From Nitrospirota bacterium (lineage in GTDB: Bacteria; Nitrospirota; UBA9217), in assembly GCA_963663225.1 (NCBI GenBank), contig OY760142.1:288001-352000 (forward strand): a stretch of DNA of 64,000 bases, given 5' to 3'. Both the position numbers and the translations under genes were made by a program. Below, one piece after another: positions 29,563 through 38,956 of the stretch (within the stretch, counting starts at the first letter, position 1; each line of letters opens with the position of its first letter). The notes below the pieces were generated by a model. It worked only from the letters and a program-made list of their open reading frames with translations. It searched no databases and was not told where the DNA came from.

Positions 29563-30720
29563 CTACTTTCTCTCCGCCGAAAGCGTTGCCTGCATCACCA
29601 GACGCTCAGACTCCATGGTATACATGTTGCTGAGCCAGGACGCAATGCTGTCGGACGTGTGGTCATGAATTTTGACGCTCATGGTCTCCAGCCTGCTTAT
29701 GATATCTTCCGCGTCGGACTTGAATCTCATAAGCGGCTCTATGACATGTTCGATTCGCTGCCGGGTAATGTCCTGGAACTGCATGGAAACCATGATGGCG
29801 CTGATGTCTTTTGCCAGTCCTGCTGTCTCGGCAGTGAGTTCGTCCAGCTTCTTCTGGGTGCCGGTCATCGCTTCATTGATTTTTGCCAGTGCCTGTTCCA
29901 CGGCATGACCGGCTTCGTCTGCATGTGTGCTGCTGGCTGCGGCGCCGGCTTCATTTTTTGTTGAAATTGTTTTCATATCATCAGACATTTTTGTTATGAC
30001 GGTTCTGATGCGGTCCACTGCACTGTTGGAGCGCTCAGACAGCTTTCTGACTTCATCCGCCACAACGCCAAAACCCTTTCCGAACTCACCCGCCCGCACC
30101 GCTTCAATGGCGGCATTCAAAGCGAGCAGATTAGTCTGATGGGCTACATACTCAATGTCTGTTACGATCCGCTTGATCTCAGCGGTATCCGCGGTCATCA
30201 CTTTCATGTTTTGCATGGTTTCAGCCGTGATTGCATTGACCTCGTCCATGCTTCCGAGAACATTTTTGAATGTTTTCTGAGCTACGACCACGAGCGAAGC
30301 TTCATCGGCGGTGCCGGCAAACCCATTAAAAGCGTCAGCTGCTTTTGTTGACTGGCCGCGGGCACGCTCTACCATGTTCATAAACTTTTCACCCAGATCA
30401 AGCGCAGCTTGCTCCGTTTGATCCGTCACTTCACGGAGCTGGTTTACCAAAACCGGCACCAGTTGATTGGTGTTTTTCAGGTGTGCGGCCACCGGTCCCA
30501 CGATAGAATCCATTTCAGCAAGCAGCGCTTTCTGCTCTGCTTTATGGCCAGCATCAATTGATTGGAGTATTTTTTTTGAATACTTTAGAATAATAACAGA
30601 GGCCACAGCCCATACAATGACCAGGACAACCAATCGTATCTGCCAATTTCCGATAAAAGAGGGTGCTGCTAAAAAAAGCAGCATGAGAATTGTGTAAATC
30701 GCTAATCGTTGCTTATTCAT
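29563..30720 (-). CDS. Sensor-less methyl-accepting chemotaxis protein with CheZ-like QFQDxxxQ motif
   Basis: Adjacent TM hairpin, [38 protein letters not shown]. Confidence 0.85.
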   Translation of the reverse strand: MNKQRLAIYTILMLLFLAAPSFIGNWQIRLVVLVIVWAVASVIILKYSKKILQSIDAGHKAEQKALLAEMDSIVGPVAAHLKNTNQLVPVLVNQLREVTDQTEQAALDLGEKFMNMVERARGQSTKAADAFNGFAGTADEASLVVVAQKTFKNVLGSMDEVNAITAETMQNMKVMTADTAEIKRIVTDIEYVAHQTNLLALNAAIEAVRAGEFGKGFGVVADEVRKLSERSNSAVDRIRTVITKMSDDMKTISTKNEAGAAASSTHADEAGHAVEQALAKINEAMTGTQKKLDELTAETAGLAKDISAIMVSMQFQDITRQRIEHVIEPLMRFKSDAEDIISRLETMSVKIHDHTSDSIASWLSNMYTMESERLVMQATLSAERK

Positions 30721-30791
30721 GGATGTGGTCTCTTCTCACCGTTAAATTATTAACCGCTAATTGCAGAAGAATGATGACTCTTATTCAGTAC

Positions 30792-30818
30792 TTATCGCGC
30801 AAAACATTAAAAACTTTA
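30792..30818 (-). promoter_or_regulatory. Probable sigma28 promoter of chemotaxis system 1
   Basis: TAAA-gtttttaatgttttg(15)-CGCGATAA, variant -10. Confidence 0.65.
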
Positions 30819-30850
30819 GCAAAATGTTGCAATTAATTTCATATAGCGTC

Positions 30851-31354
30851 TTACTGCTTAATCTGAAGGCTTGTCATTTTTTTAGTCAGTGTAACGGCTT
30901 TCTGCGGTTTTAAAAGGGCGACAACAGCCCCGGCTTTCTTGCTTTTCATCCTGAGCATGATCTGGGCAGCTGCGTCCGTGTCCATGGCCGAAAGCTGGGC
31001 AGCTGCGGCCTCCGGAGGCATTGCCTCATACAACTTCGCCATATTCAGCAGCCGCTCGTTCTGAATCTGTTCCGCACGTTTGAGTGACGCATCCACCTGG
31101 TTCAGCAATTTTGTATATTTCGCTATTTTTTCATCGACGTCTTTCTTGAGTATATTCAACCGCTCTTCTTCCTTCTTCAGAGCATCTTCCCGCGCCTTCA
31201 GTTCAATGCGCTTCTCTTCGACGACTTTAACGACATCATCCTGGGCACCGGCTGTTCCGACAGGCCAAAAAGAACCTGACAGTAACAAAGCTGTAAAAAC
31301 AACGTACTGTGCTATTATTGCCGCGTTTCTTTTGCCGTCTTTTGCTGATTTCAT
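30851..31354 (-). CDS. MotE/FlbB-like flagellar protein (MgtE-N-like domain)
   Basis: Signal or TM segment, coiled coil, AKLYEAMPPEAAA...MKSKKAGAVV; follows fliJ. Confidence 0.7.
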   Translation of the reverse strand: MKSAKDGKRNAAIIAQYVVFTALLLSGSFWPVGTAGAQDDVVKVVEEKRIELKAREDALKKEEERLNILKKDVDEKIAKYTKLLNQVDASLKRAEQIQNERLLNMAKLYEAMPPEAAAAQLSAMDTDAAAQIMLRMKSKKAGAVVALLKPQKAVTLTKKMTSLQIKQ

Positions 31355-31794
31355 CGATGTGCTCTCCGTGCGAGGAACTGATAATCCGCTTCCTTCTGGT
31401 CGCCCTTGTTCATCTGGAGCAATTCTTCATGAGTGATTTTCTCATGGAGGATTTCCATTAAACGATGTTCCTTGTGCGCTTCGTGCATGGCATGCTGCTT
31501 TTCGTTTAATTCGGCCTGGCGCACGAAAACGCATTTTTTTTGCTGTTCAATAAGCTTGCGGAGATGTTCAAAATATACATAAAAAAGATCCATTTCCCGT
31601 ATTCCAATGTTTCCCCGGTCCTGCCTGCGGCTGAATTCATCAAGGTGGACCCTGAGTTCTTCCTCCAAAGAATCGAGCTTCTCTTGTTCCTGGTCAAAAT
31701 CTCTCTGGGCTTTATGCACATCCGATTTCAGTTTTTCCTGGGCAAATTCCTTGAGCTTCAGGACCTTTGTCACTGTTTTATGTTTTCGCGTCAT
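31351..31794 (-). CDS. fliJ: Flagellar export protein FliJ
   Basis: 147-aa coiled-coil protein coupled to fliI, with C-terminal QKEAD. Confidence 0.82.
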   Translation of the reverse strand: MTRKHKTVTKVLKLKEFAQEKLKSDVHKAQRDFDQEQEKLDSLEEELRVHLDEFSRRQDRGNIGIREMDLFYVYFEHLRKLIEQQKKCVFVRQAELNEKQHAMHEAHKEHRLMEILHEKITHEELLQMNKGDQKEADYQFLARRAHR

Positions 31795-33116
31795 GAGCTT
31801 GTCCCTCCTTGCTCGAACGTACAGTATAAGCCTTGCAGGCTGTCGGCCATATCGCGTTGTTCCTTCATCCCCTGGCGAAGGTAGGTTCTGAGCGTATCGA
31901 TCATTTTAATGGCATAATCCACCTTGGGGTTGGATCCGCTTTTGTAGGCACCGAGGTTTATCATGTCTTCAAATTTCTTATAGGTGGCCATTGTTTCCAC
32001 AAATTTCGCCGCGTATTCTTTGTGCCGCGGATCAACGATATCCGGCATCACCCGGCTGATGCTCTGCAGGATATCAATGGCAGGATAGTGATTTTCCATG
32101 GCAAGCTCGCGAGAGAGAACGATATGGCCGTCGAGAATCGCCCTCGCAGAATCTCCCACCGGATCGGACATATCATCGCCTTCCACCAGCACGGTGTAGA
32201 TGCCGGTAATGCTTCCCTTGCCTTCCGACGTGCCTACCCGTTCAAGCAGCCGGGGAAGAAGCGCGAAAACCGAAGGCGTATACCCCTTTGCCGTCGGCGG
32301 CTCGCCCACGGCAAGCCCGATTTCGCGCTGGGCCATGGCGACACGGGTGAGTGAATCCATGAGCAGCAGCACATTCTCCCCCCGGTCTCTGAAGTATTCC
32401 GCGATCGCCGTAGCTGCAAGCGCGGCGCGCACCTTTGCCAGGGGTGGTTGATCCGAGGTGGACACAAGCACTACTGATTTTTTCAACCCTTCGGGGCCGA
32501 GGTCTTTTTCAATAAACTCCCGCACCTCGCGCCCCCGTTCTCCAATGAGCGCAATAACGTTGACCGTTGCCGCCGTATACTTTGCCATCATTCCGAGCAG
32601 CACACTTTTACCGACACCAGAACCGGCCATGATGCCGATACGCTGCCCTTTTCCACAGGTAAGAATGCCGTTGATCGCACGGATGCCGAGGTCAATCGGC
32701 TCCGAAATCCGCTGCCGCTTGAGCGGATGCGGCGTCGAAGATATAAGCGTGCATTCGGTGCCGCTGATGTGCTCCTTGCCGTCGATGACCAGTCCCCGGT
32801 CATTCACGACCCTACCGACCAGTCCCGAAGAGACCCTGACCGCAACTTTTCTGCCGGCAGGCAGGACCCTGCTTCCCGGCTTGATGTCGGACAAATCTCC
32901 TACCGCCATGAGCAAAACGTAACCGTCCTTAAAACCGACCACTTCCGCATCCAAAGACAGTCCTTCGGACAGAATCGCGCACGATTCCCCGATGCTTGCT
33001 TTTACACCGGTGGCCTTGATGATAATCCCGGTGATCTCAACCACCCGCCCGTACACCTTCAGGGGCTCGACCCGGGAAACGACCTCTCTATAGGGAGACA
33101 GATCAACGAGCGGCAC
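31791..33116 (-). CDS. fliI: Flagellar export ATPase FliI
   Basis: AGSGVGKS, LIGERGREV, DSLTRVAMAQRE and DGHIVLSR motifs; GTG 33116 is the likely start. Confidence 0.95.
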   Translation of the reverse strand: MPLVDLSPYREVVSRVEPLKVYGRVVEITGIIIKATGVKASIGESCAILSEGLSLDAEVVGFKDGYVLLMAVGDLSDIKPGSRVLPAGRKVAVRVSSGLVGRVVNDRGLVIDGKEHISGTECTLISSTPHPLKRQRISEPIDLGIRAINGILTCGKGQRIGIMAGSGVGKSVLLGMMAKYTAATVNVIALIGERGREVREFIEKDLGPEGLKKSVVLVSTSDQPPLAKVRAALAATAIAEYFRDRGENVLLLMDSLTRVAMAQREIGLAVGEPPTAKGYTPSVFALLPRLLERVGTSEGKGSITGIYTVLVEGDDMSDPVGDSARAILDGHIVLSRELAMENHYPAIDILQSISRVMPDIVDPRHKEYAAKFVETMATYKKFEDMINLGAYKSGSNPKVDYAIKMIDTLRTYLRQGMKEQRDMADSLQGLYCTFEQGGTSS

Positions 33117-33717
33117 GCTGGGCCCCCATGTCTTTAATAAGATTCCGGAGTTGCTCATCCAGATCAGTCACTACGTCTTCCATCCCTCCCATCACCACCG
33201 AGCCATGAGACGATACGGACGGATCCACATCAAATACGATGTCGGGATGGACGCTCTGGAGCTGCGGCCTCAGTTTCATAAACAGATCATACAGGGCAGG
33301 GTTTATTTTGATGGTTATCTGCCCTGATCGCTCAATCCTCAAAAGCGCTTCTTTTGTCATTGCAACAATGCTGTCCGGTTTCATTACCAGTTCACGCTTC
33401 AGGATTTTTTCCGCGATGCTTACGGCAAGTTCGACCACCTGCGGTTCGGCTTCCTGAACAAGTGTTTCCCGCAATGTCATCAACTCATGAAGAATATTGT
33501 CGATCCTGTCCAAAAACACCTTTGCCTTCTCCGTTCCCATCTCGAGTCCGGCTTTTTCTCCCGCCGCATACCCTTTTTCATATGCGTCGCGCTCGATGAA
33601 ATCAAGGCTCTTGCCGAGCGCAAACTCGTTTTTGAGGAGCGGCATAGCATAGAGCGATACACCCTTATTTTCCTGTGCATTTCTAGATAACAAGTTCTTC
33701 ACCACCCCGTCCGGCAA
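33103..33717 (-). CDS. fliH: Flagellar assembly protein FliH
   Basis: AYEKGYAAGEKAG GxxxG repeats; lies between fliG and fliI; start uncertain. Confidence 0.88.
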   Translation of the reverse strand: MPDGVVKNLLSRNAQENKGVSLYAMPLLKNEFALGKSLDFIERDAYEKGYAAGEKAGLEMGTEKAKVFLDRIDNILHELMTLRETLVQEAEPQVVELAVSIAEKILKRELVMKPDSIVAMTKEALLRIERSGQITIKINPALYDLFMKLRPQLQSVHPDIVFDVDPSVSSHGSVVMGGMEDVVTDLDEQLRNLIKDMGAQRAAR

Positions 33718-34678
33718 GAATTATTTTGCCTTCTGTTTCAAGTTTTCTCGCTACTTTCACAATGTTCTGCTGCGCTTTTTCAACGTCGGAGACCTTGACC
33801 GGGCCCCGGTTCTGAATGTCTTCTTTCAAGATCGCCGATGCGCGCTGAGACATGTTCTTAAATATCTTGTCTTTCAGCGAATCACTGGTTGACTTCAACG
33901 CCAAAGCAAGGTCTTCCTGGCTTACCTCTTTCAGAATGAGCTGGATGCCCCGGTCGTCAACCTTCACCAGGTCGTCAAATACGAACATGAGCTGACGGAT
34001 GGAATCGGCAACCGTACTGTTTACTCCTTCGATCCCCTGCAGCACTTTCTGTTCCGTGCTCCGGTCGCACTGGTTCAGTATCTCCGCAATCGTTTTATTG
34101 CCGCCTAGTTTCTTGCCCTTGCCCTTCCCTCCCATGTCAAGCTGGCCTTTGAGAACATCCTTTAGTTCTTCTATCGCGGTTTCTGGAATCCGTTCGGTCA
34201 TGGCGATCCTCATGGCGACATCGGATTTGAGCGTGTCCGGCAGGCCCGAAAGCACTTCTGCCGCCTGCGTCGGCTCCAGCAGACAGATGATAAGCGCGAT
34301 GGTCTGGGGATGCTCCGTAATAAGAAAGTTTACCAGGACCTTGGGCTCCACCCATTTCAGCGCATCGAGAGGCCCCTCCTTGGAAGCCATTTCCATGATT
34401 TTGCTCGCCCCGTCTTCGCCCAGACCTTTTACAAGGGCTTTTTTCATGAATTCTTCTCCGCCTACATGCAGGTTCCCATGGGTCACCATGTCCGACACCT
34501 CTCTCAGGACATCCTCCATGGAATTCCGGTCCACTTTCTTAAGCCTCGTCATGTAGGTGGTGATTCGTCCGATATCCTTCACATCAAGGCCCTTGAGTAT
34601 TTCCGATGCGGCGTCTTCACCGATTGAGCTCAAAAATATTGCAGCTTTTTCATGTCCATTGAGCGGCATGTAATCCAC
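33683..34678 (-). CDS. fliG: Flagellar motor switch protein FliG
   Basis: KAAIFL, EHPQTIA, MFVFDDL and NMSQRA motifs. Confidence 0.96.
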   Translation of the reverse strand: MDYMPLNGHEKAAIFLSSIGEDAASEILKGLDVKDIGRITTYMTRLKKVDRNSMEDVLREVSDMVTHGNLHVGGEEFMKKALVKGLGEDGASKIMEMASKEGPLDALKWVEPKVLVNFLITEHPQTIALIICLLEPTQAAEVLSGLPDTLKSDVAMRIAMTERIPETAIEELKDVLKGQLDMGGKGKGKKLGGNKTIAEILNQCDRSTEQKVLQGIEGVNSTVADSIRQLMFVFDDLVKVDDRGIQLILKEVSQEDLALALKSTSDSLKDKIFKNMSQRASAILKEDIQNRGPVKVSDVEKAQQNIVKVARKLETEGKIILAGRGGEELVI

Positions 34679-34766
34679 CTGTTAACTATCGATTTGAATT
34701 GACTGCACCATCAAAAACGTATAACCAAACCCGAGCGACCGGAAGTTCCGGAAATTTCGGAACACG

Positions 34767-36323
34767 TCATCGTTCTTCCAGCCATCCCTTCACCATGCTT
34801 GCCGCATCTCTTGGATTTCTTTTTGCCCAGTCAATCACCTGGTCCTTTCCAGACGGCTCCTTGGACTCGAGCGAGCGTTCTAGCTGGGCAACGGATTGGG
34901 GCAGTTGCATCTGCTGTGTCCGGGGAATGCCCGTCGGCGTCGTCAACGCCTTCATCATGGGTCTTACCACGAACAAAAAGAGCAGAATAATTGCCGCCAG
35001 CGGAACGATATACTTTGCCGCCGAAGTCGCCGTATTGATAATAACCGCTGTCTGGCCGGCGGGTTTATCTGCATCGGCAAATTCCTCCTGCGGTGACGTT
35101 TCAAAAGGCATATTGACCACTTTGACTTCATCGCCTCGTGCCGCCGTGAAACCGATCGCTTTTTTCACCATTTCTTCAAATTGCTGAATGGCCTCTTCAG
35201 TGCGAGGAGTATATTTCGCCTCTTTTGATCCGGCTTGGGTCGCGTATGTTCCGTCGACAAGCACCACGGCGGATATTTTTTTAACTTCACCGGTCGGGCT
35301 GACTATACGGCTGACTACTTTGCTGATTTCATAATTGACGGTATCATTCTTTTTCTCTGACGTTGCCGGGACCGGTTTTGACACCGCCTGCTGCGCTTTG
35401 TCCGGAAGATTCGAAGTAACGCCCGGCACGCCTGCGGGACTTCCCGCGTTCGATTTTTCACTGCTCCGCTGTTCACTTCTGACGACCTGTCCGTCGGGAT
35501 CATACTTTTCTTCGGTCTTTTCTGTTTTGGTAAAGTCGAGTGCCGCGGAAATTCTGGCGCGCACCTTTCCTTTGCCGACCACCGGCTCAAGCATGCTCAC
35601 CACTTTTGTTTCTATGTCCTTCTCGTAGCCCCGTTGATAATCGAACTGGCCGCTCGTCAGGGCCATGTTTTCGTCGACTCGGGACGTAAACATTTCGCCG
35701 TTGCTGTTCACCACGGACACATCGTTCGGATCGAGCCCCTCAACGCTGCTCGACACCAGGTGCACAATCCCCTGCACCTGCGACTGGGTCAGCCGTCTTC
35801 CGGCCTTAAGCTTGACGAGCACCGACGCTTTCGGTTTTCCCTCCTTCTGCATGAACAGGGATTTTTCCGGAACCACAAGATGCACTCTGCACTGGTCTAT
35901 TTCTGCAAGAGAACGGATCGTCCTCGCCAATTCTCCCTGGAGGGCCCTGCGGTAATTCAATTTCTGAACAAAATCCGTCATGGTAAAACTTGTCTTGTCG
36001 AACAGTTCGAATCCGATGCCGCCGCCCTGCGGCAGGCCCTGACCAGCAAGCTGGAGCCGCAACTCGTATACTTTGTCGGTCGGCACCATGATCCCGCCGC
36101 CTTCAGTACGGTAGGGAACCCGCAGCTCATTCAGCTTCTGAATAATGGCACCACCGTCTTCCTGGGTAAGATTTGAGAAGAGGAGCTGGTATTCCACTTT
36201 CTGGCTCCAGGTCACCAGCATGATGATTGCCGCAACAATCAGGACAACGACCCCCAGAAGGGTCATTTTTTTCTGGAGCGGCATGATTTTAACCTGCTCT
36301 GTAATCGTATTTAAGTCTGCCAT
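34767..36323 (-). CDS. fliF: Flagellar M-ring protein FliF
   Basis: GFELFD, RALQGELARTI, ASVLV and GVPGVTSN motifs; two TM segments. Confidence 0.96.
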   Translation of the reverse strand: MADLNTITEQVKIMPLQKKMTLLGVVVLIVAAIIMLVTWSQKVEYQLLFSNLTQEDGGAIIQKLNELRVPYRTEGGGIMVPTDKVYELRLQLAGQGLPQGGGIGFELFDKTSFTMTDFVQKLNYRRALQGELARTIRSLAEIDQCRVHLVVPEKSLFMQKEGKPKASVLVKLKAGRRLTQSQVQGIVHLVSSSVEGLDPNDVSVVNSNGEMFTSRVDENMALTSGQFDYQRGYEKDIETKVVSMLEPVVGKGKVRARISAALDFTKTEKTEEKYDPDGQVVRSEQRSSEKSNAGSPAGVPGVTSNLPDKAQQAVSKPVPATSEKKNDTVNYEISKVVSRIVSPTGEVKKISAVVLVDGTYATQAGSKEAKYTPRTEEAIQQFEEMVKKAIGFTAARGDEVKVVNMPFETSPQEEFADADKPAGQTAVIINTATSAAKYIVPLAAIILLFLFVVRPMMKALTTPTGIPRTQQMQLPQSVAQLERSLESKEPSGKDQVIDWAKRNPRDAASMVKGWLEER

Positions 36324-36414
36324 GACATACCTCTGATTAAAAATGCGAAATAAAATTCAATGTTGCATTCTGATAACGGCCACTGATCCGAACCGAACAG
36401 CTGCTTTCCTTGCT

Positions 36415-36705
36415 TTAAATCTGCATTTTCATGATTTCTTGATACGCGGAAAGCAACTTGTTTCTTACTTCGATCATCAGCTGAAAATTCATATCCGCTT
36501 TCTCCATGGACATAATCGCCTGCGTCACGTCTCCCCCGCTTGCGAGCTCCTTTACGGCCTTGTCCGCATCATTCTGCACCTGCGTGAGCTTTCCCATGGC
36601 CTCCTGCATAATATCGTCGAAGACCGAGGACGTTTCTTTGCCCGTCGTTTTGAGCTGGGAGAAATTATCTCCTGCGCCGGCTCCGGTAATTTTGAGGTCA
36701 GACAT
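36415..36705 (-). CDS. fliE: Hook-basal body protein FliE
   Basis: EVRNKLLSAYQEIMKMQI; SD GAGGAGG. Confidence 0.93.
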   Translation of the reverse strand: MSDLKITGAGAGDNFSQLKTTGKETSSVFDDIMQEAMGKLTQVQNDADKAVKELASGGDVTQAIMSMEKADMNFQLMIEVRNKLLSAYQEIMKMQI

Positions 36706-36731
36706 GGCTTCCTCCTCGTGCACATTATTTA

Positions 36732-37145
36732 TTACGCTTTCAACAGATCAAGCGTTCTCATCAGATTTGATTTCGACATGTTGAAGGCCGCGACCGATGC
36801 TTCATACGCCCGCGAGGCCATCATCATGTTCACCATTTCTTCAATCACATTTACGTTCGGCATTGCCACGAACCCGTTCTTGTCCGCGTCGGGATGCCCG
36901 GGATCGTAGATCATTTTCGGAGGTGTCGAGTCAACCACCACCTCGGAAACCTTCACGCCTTCGAGCCCCTCGGTAGTCGATTTTTCCGGTTCTGCCGAAA
37001 AGACCACGTCTCTTCTTTTGTACGGTCCGCCCTCGGCGGTACGGGTGGAATGAGCATTCGCCATATTCGAAGCGATGACATTCATACGCTGACGCTGTGC
37101 CGCGAGCGCTGATGCGCTTACCTGAAAAACACCGAAAGAATCCAT
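36732..37145 (-). CDS. flgC: Basal body rod protein FlgC
   Basis: ASNMANA, GGPYKRR, YDPGHPDA and ASRAYEA motifs. Confidence 0.96.
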   Translation of the reverse strand: MDSFGVFQVSASALAAQRQRMNVIASNMANAHSTRTAEGGPYKRRDVVFSAEPEKSTTEGLEGVKVSEVVVDSTPPKMIYDPGHPDADKNGFVAMPNVNVIEEMVNMMMASRAYEASVAAFNMSKSNLMRTLDLLKA

Positions 37146-37148
37146 ACG

Positions 37149-37511
37149 TTACCCCTTGATTGCGTTTTTGAACATCTTGATTTTTGCTCCAAGCATGGAC
37201 ACACTGGTCTGAAACAGAATCGAGTTCTCCGTCATTTTGGAAACTTCCTTGTCGAGTTCTACCGTATTCTGATCGACCCAGGCCTGCGCATCCTCCGCGG
37301 TCAATATCTGTGGTGATCCCGTCTCACTCCCGCCCAAATGCTGCGCGGAGGTGACCGTAAGCTTTAATTCTGAACCAAGAACCTGGCTGAACTGAACGTC
37401 CTTTGCCTTGTACCCCGGAGTGTCGACGTTGGCAATATTTGAGGTAATCACCTTATGCCGGAATCCCGTTGCCTCTACCAGCCGATTAAGGATTGTAAAA
37501 CCGTCACTCAT
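37149..37511 (-). CDS. flgB: Basal body rod protein FlgB
   Basis: SNIANVDTPGYKAKD and DQNTVELDKE motifs. Confidence 0.94.
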   Translation of the reverse strand: MSDGFTILNRLVEATGFRHKVITSNIANVDTPGYKAKDVQFSQVLGSELKLTVTSAQHLGGSETGSPQILTAEDAQAWVDQNTVELDKEVSKMTENSILFQTSVSMLGAKIKMFKNAIKG

Positions 37512-37536
37512 CGCTATCCTCCTTACTTAATTACTA

Positions 37537-37551
37537 TCAAATATCATGCCA
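37537..37551 (-). promoter_or_regulatory. Probable sigma54 promoter of the flgB operon (variant -12)
   Basis: TGGCATG-ATAT-TTGA, about 25 nt upstream of the flgB ATG; GA replaces GC at -12. Confidence 0.55.
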
Positions 37552-37604
37552 GAAGCTCTTGTAAAATCTCTTTAATTTTCCAACATATCTTCCGACAGCT
37601 CGTG

Positions 37605-38930
37605 CTAATACGCGGCACTTTTTTCGTAACCCGGGAAATTTTTTCCGTATTCGTTCAACTTATTTCGTATGGTCCTGACGCTCACCCCGAGTATTTGTGC
37701 CGCTTTTGTCTTGTTGCCGTGAACGTCCTTAAGTGTCTTTAAAATCAATTCTTTTTCCATATCTCTGATTTTCCCGTTGGCGGCCTGGTCCTCCCCTTCC
37801 GCAGCATCCACCATGAGATCGCACGGTTCAATCAGGTCTCCGGCGCAGATCAATACCGCCCGTTGAATAACATTTTCCAACTCCCGCACATTACCGCGCC
37901 ATGATCGTCCTTTCAGGATCGCTATGGCCTCCTCCGAACATCCCCGGATGTTTTTTCCCGCAGCTGCGGAAAACCGTTCGATAAAGCGTGCACTGAGTGC
38001 GACAATATCTTCCGGTCTTTCCCGGAGCGTCGGCACTTTCAGGGGAAACACGTTCAGCCGATAAAACAGATCTTCACGAAAACGCCCTTCTGCGCATTCC
38101 TTGGCAAGGTTTCTGTTTGTTGTCGCCAAAACACGGACATCGACAGGAATCGGTTCTTTCCCGCCGACGCGGTCGATCTCACGCTCCTGCAGGGCCCTCA
38201 AGAGCTTTGCCTGCAGCATCAGGGGAAGTTCTCCTATTTCATCAAGCAGAAGGGTTCCACCGTCCGCCAGTTCGAACTTGCCTTTTTTCCTCTCGATCGC
38301 GCCGGTGAATGCGCCCTTCTCATGTCCGAAAAGTTCGGATTCAAGCAGATTATCGGGGATCGCCGCGCAATTTACGGCAACAAATGGTTTGTCTTTTCTC
38401 CGGCTTGTCTGCTGAATCCGCCTTGCAAGCAGTTCCTTTCCCGTACCGCTTTCTCCGTTAATAAGCACTGTAATGTCATTTGCCGCAAGGTTCTCCGCAA
38501 GCGCCACAATTTTCTTCATCTCGGGGCTTTCCACCAGCATGTCCTTTCCTGCGGCAGCACGGCTTATGATGGAATCAAGCGCTTTTTTCAGCGAATCGAA
38601 GGAAAAAGGTTTCATAAGATAATCCGTCGCGCCTTCTTTCATGCTTTCCACTGCGTTTTCGACGGTCCCAAACCCGGTTATTACCAGCACCGGCAGATTT
38701 CCGATGCGGCGGCGTATTTCCTTCAAAAAAGTGAGGCCGTCCATTTTCGGCATATTCATGTCCGTCACCACCAACTGATAGCCGGATTGCTGCAGCTTGT
38801 TCAGGCCTTCTGCCCCGCCGTCGCACACAACCACCGGAAAACCCATTCGCTGAATGGCCTCTTTCAGTGCTGATCGCATTTGCGGGTCGTCATCGACGAC
38901 AAGAATAGGTTTTGTACATGCTGTCTGCAC
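37605..38930 (-). CDS. Sigma54-dependent response regulator (FleR/FlgR-like)
   Basis: Receiver, GESGTGKE, GAFTGA, Fis-type HTH; GTG at 38930 with SD AAGGAG. Confidence 0.92.
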   Translation of the reverse strand: MQTACTKPILVVDDDPQMRSALKEAIQRMGFPVVVCDGGAEGLNKLQQSGYQLVVTDMNMPKMDGLTFLKEIRRRIGNLPVLVITGFGTVENAVESMKEGATDYLMKPFSFDSLKKALDSIISRAAAGKDMLVESPEMKKIVALAENLAANDITVLINGESGTGKELLARRIQQTSRRKDKPFVAVNCAAIPDNLLESELFGHEKGAFTGAIERKKGKFELADGGTLLLDEIGELPLMLQAKLLRALQEREIDRVGGKEPIPVDVRVLATTNRNLAKECAEGRFREDLFYRLNVFPLKVPTLRERPEDIVALSARFIERFSAAAGKNIRGCSEEAIAILKGRSWRGNVRELENVIQRAVLICAGDLIEPCDLMVDAAEGEDQAANGKIRDMEKELILKTLKDVHGNKTKAAQILGVSVRTIRNKLNEYGKNFPGYEKSAAY

Positions 38931-38956
38931 GGTAATGCTCCTTTCGCTGTCCGCGG

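Noticed and set aside
34746-34764. Short hairpin GTTCCG-N7-CGGAAC between fliF and fliG
   Set aside because: Only a 6-bp stem with no U-tract and no second copy; could be chance.
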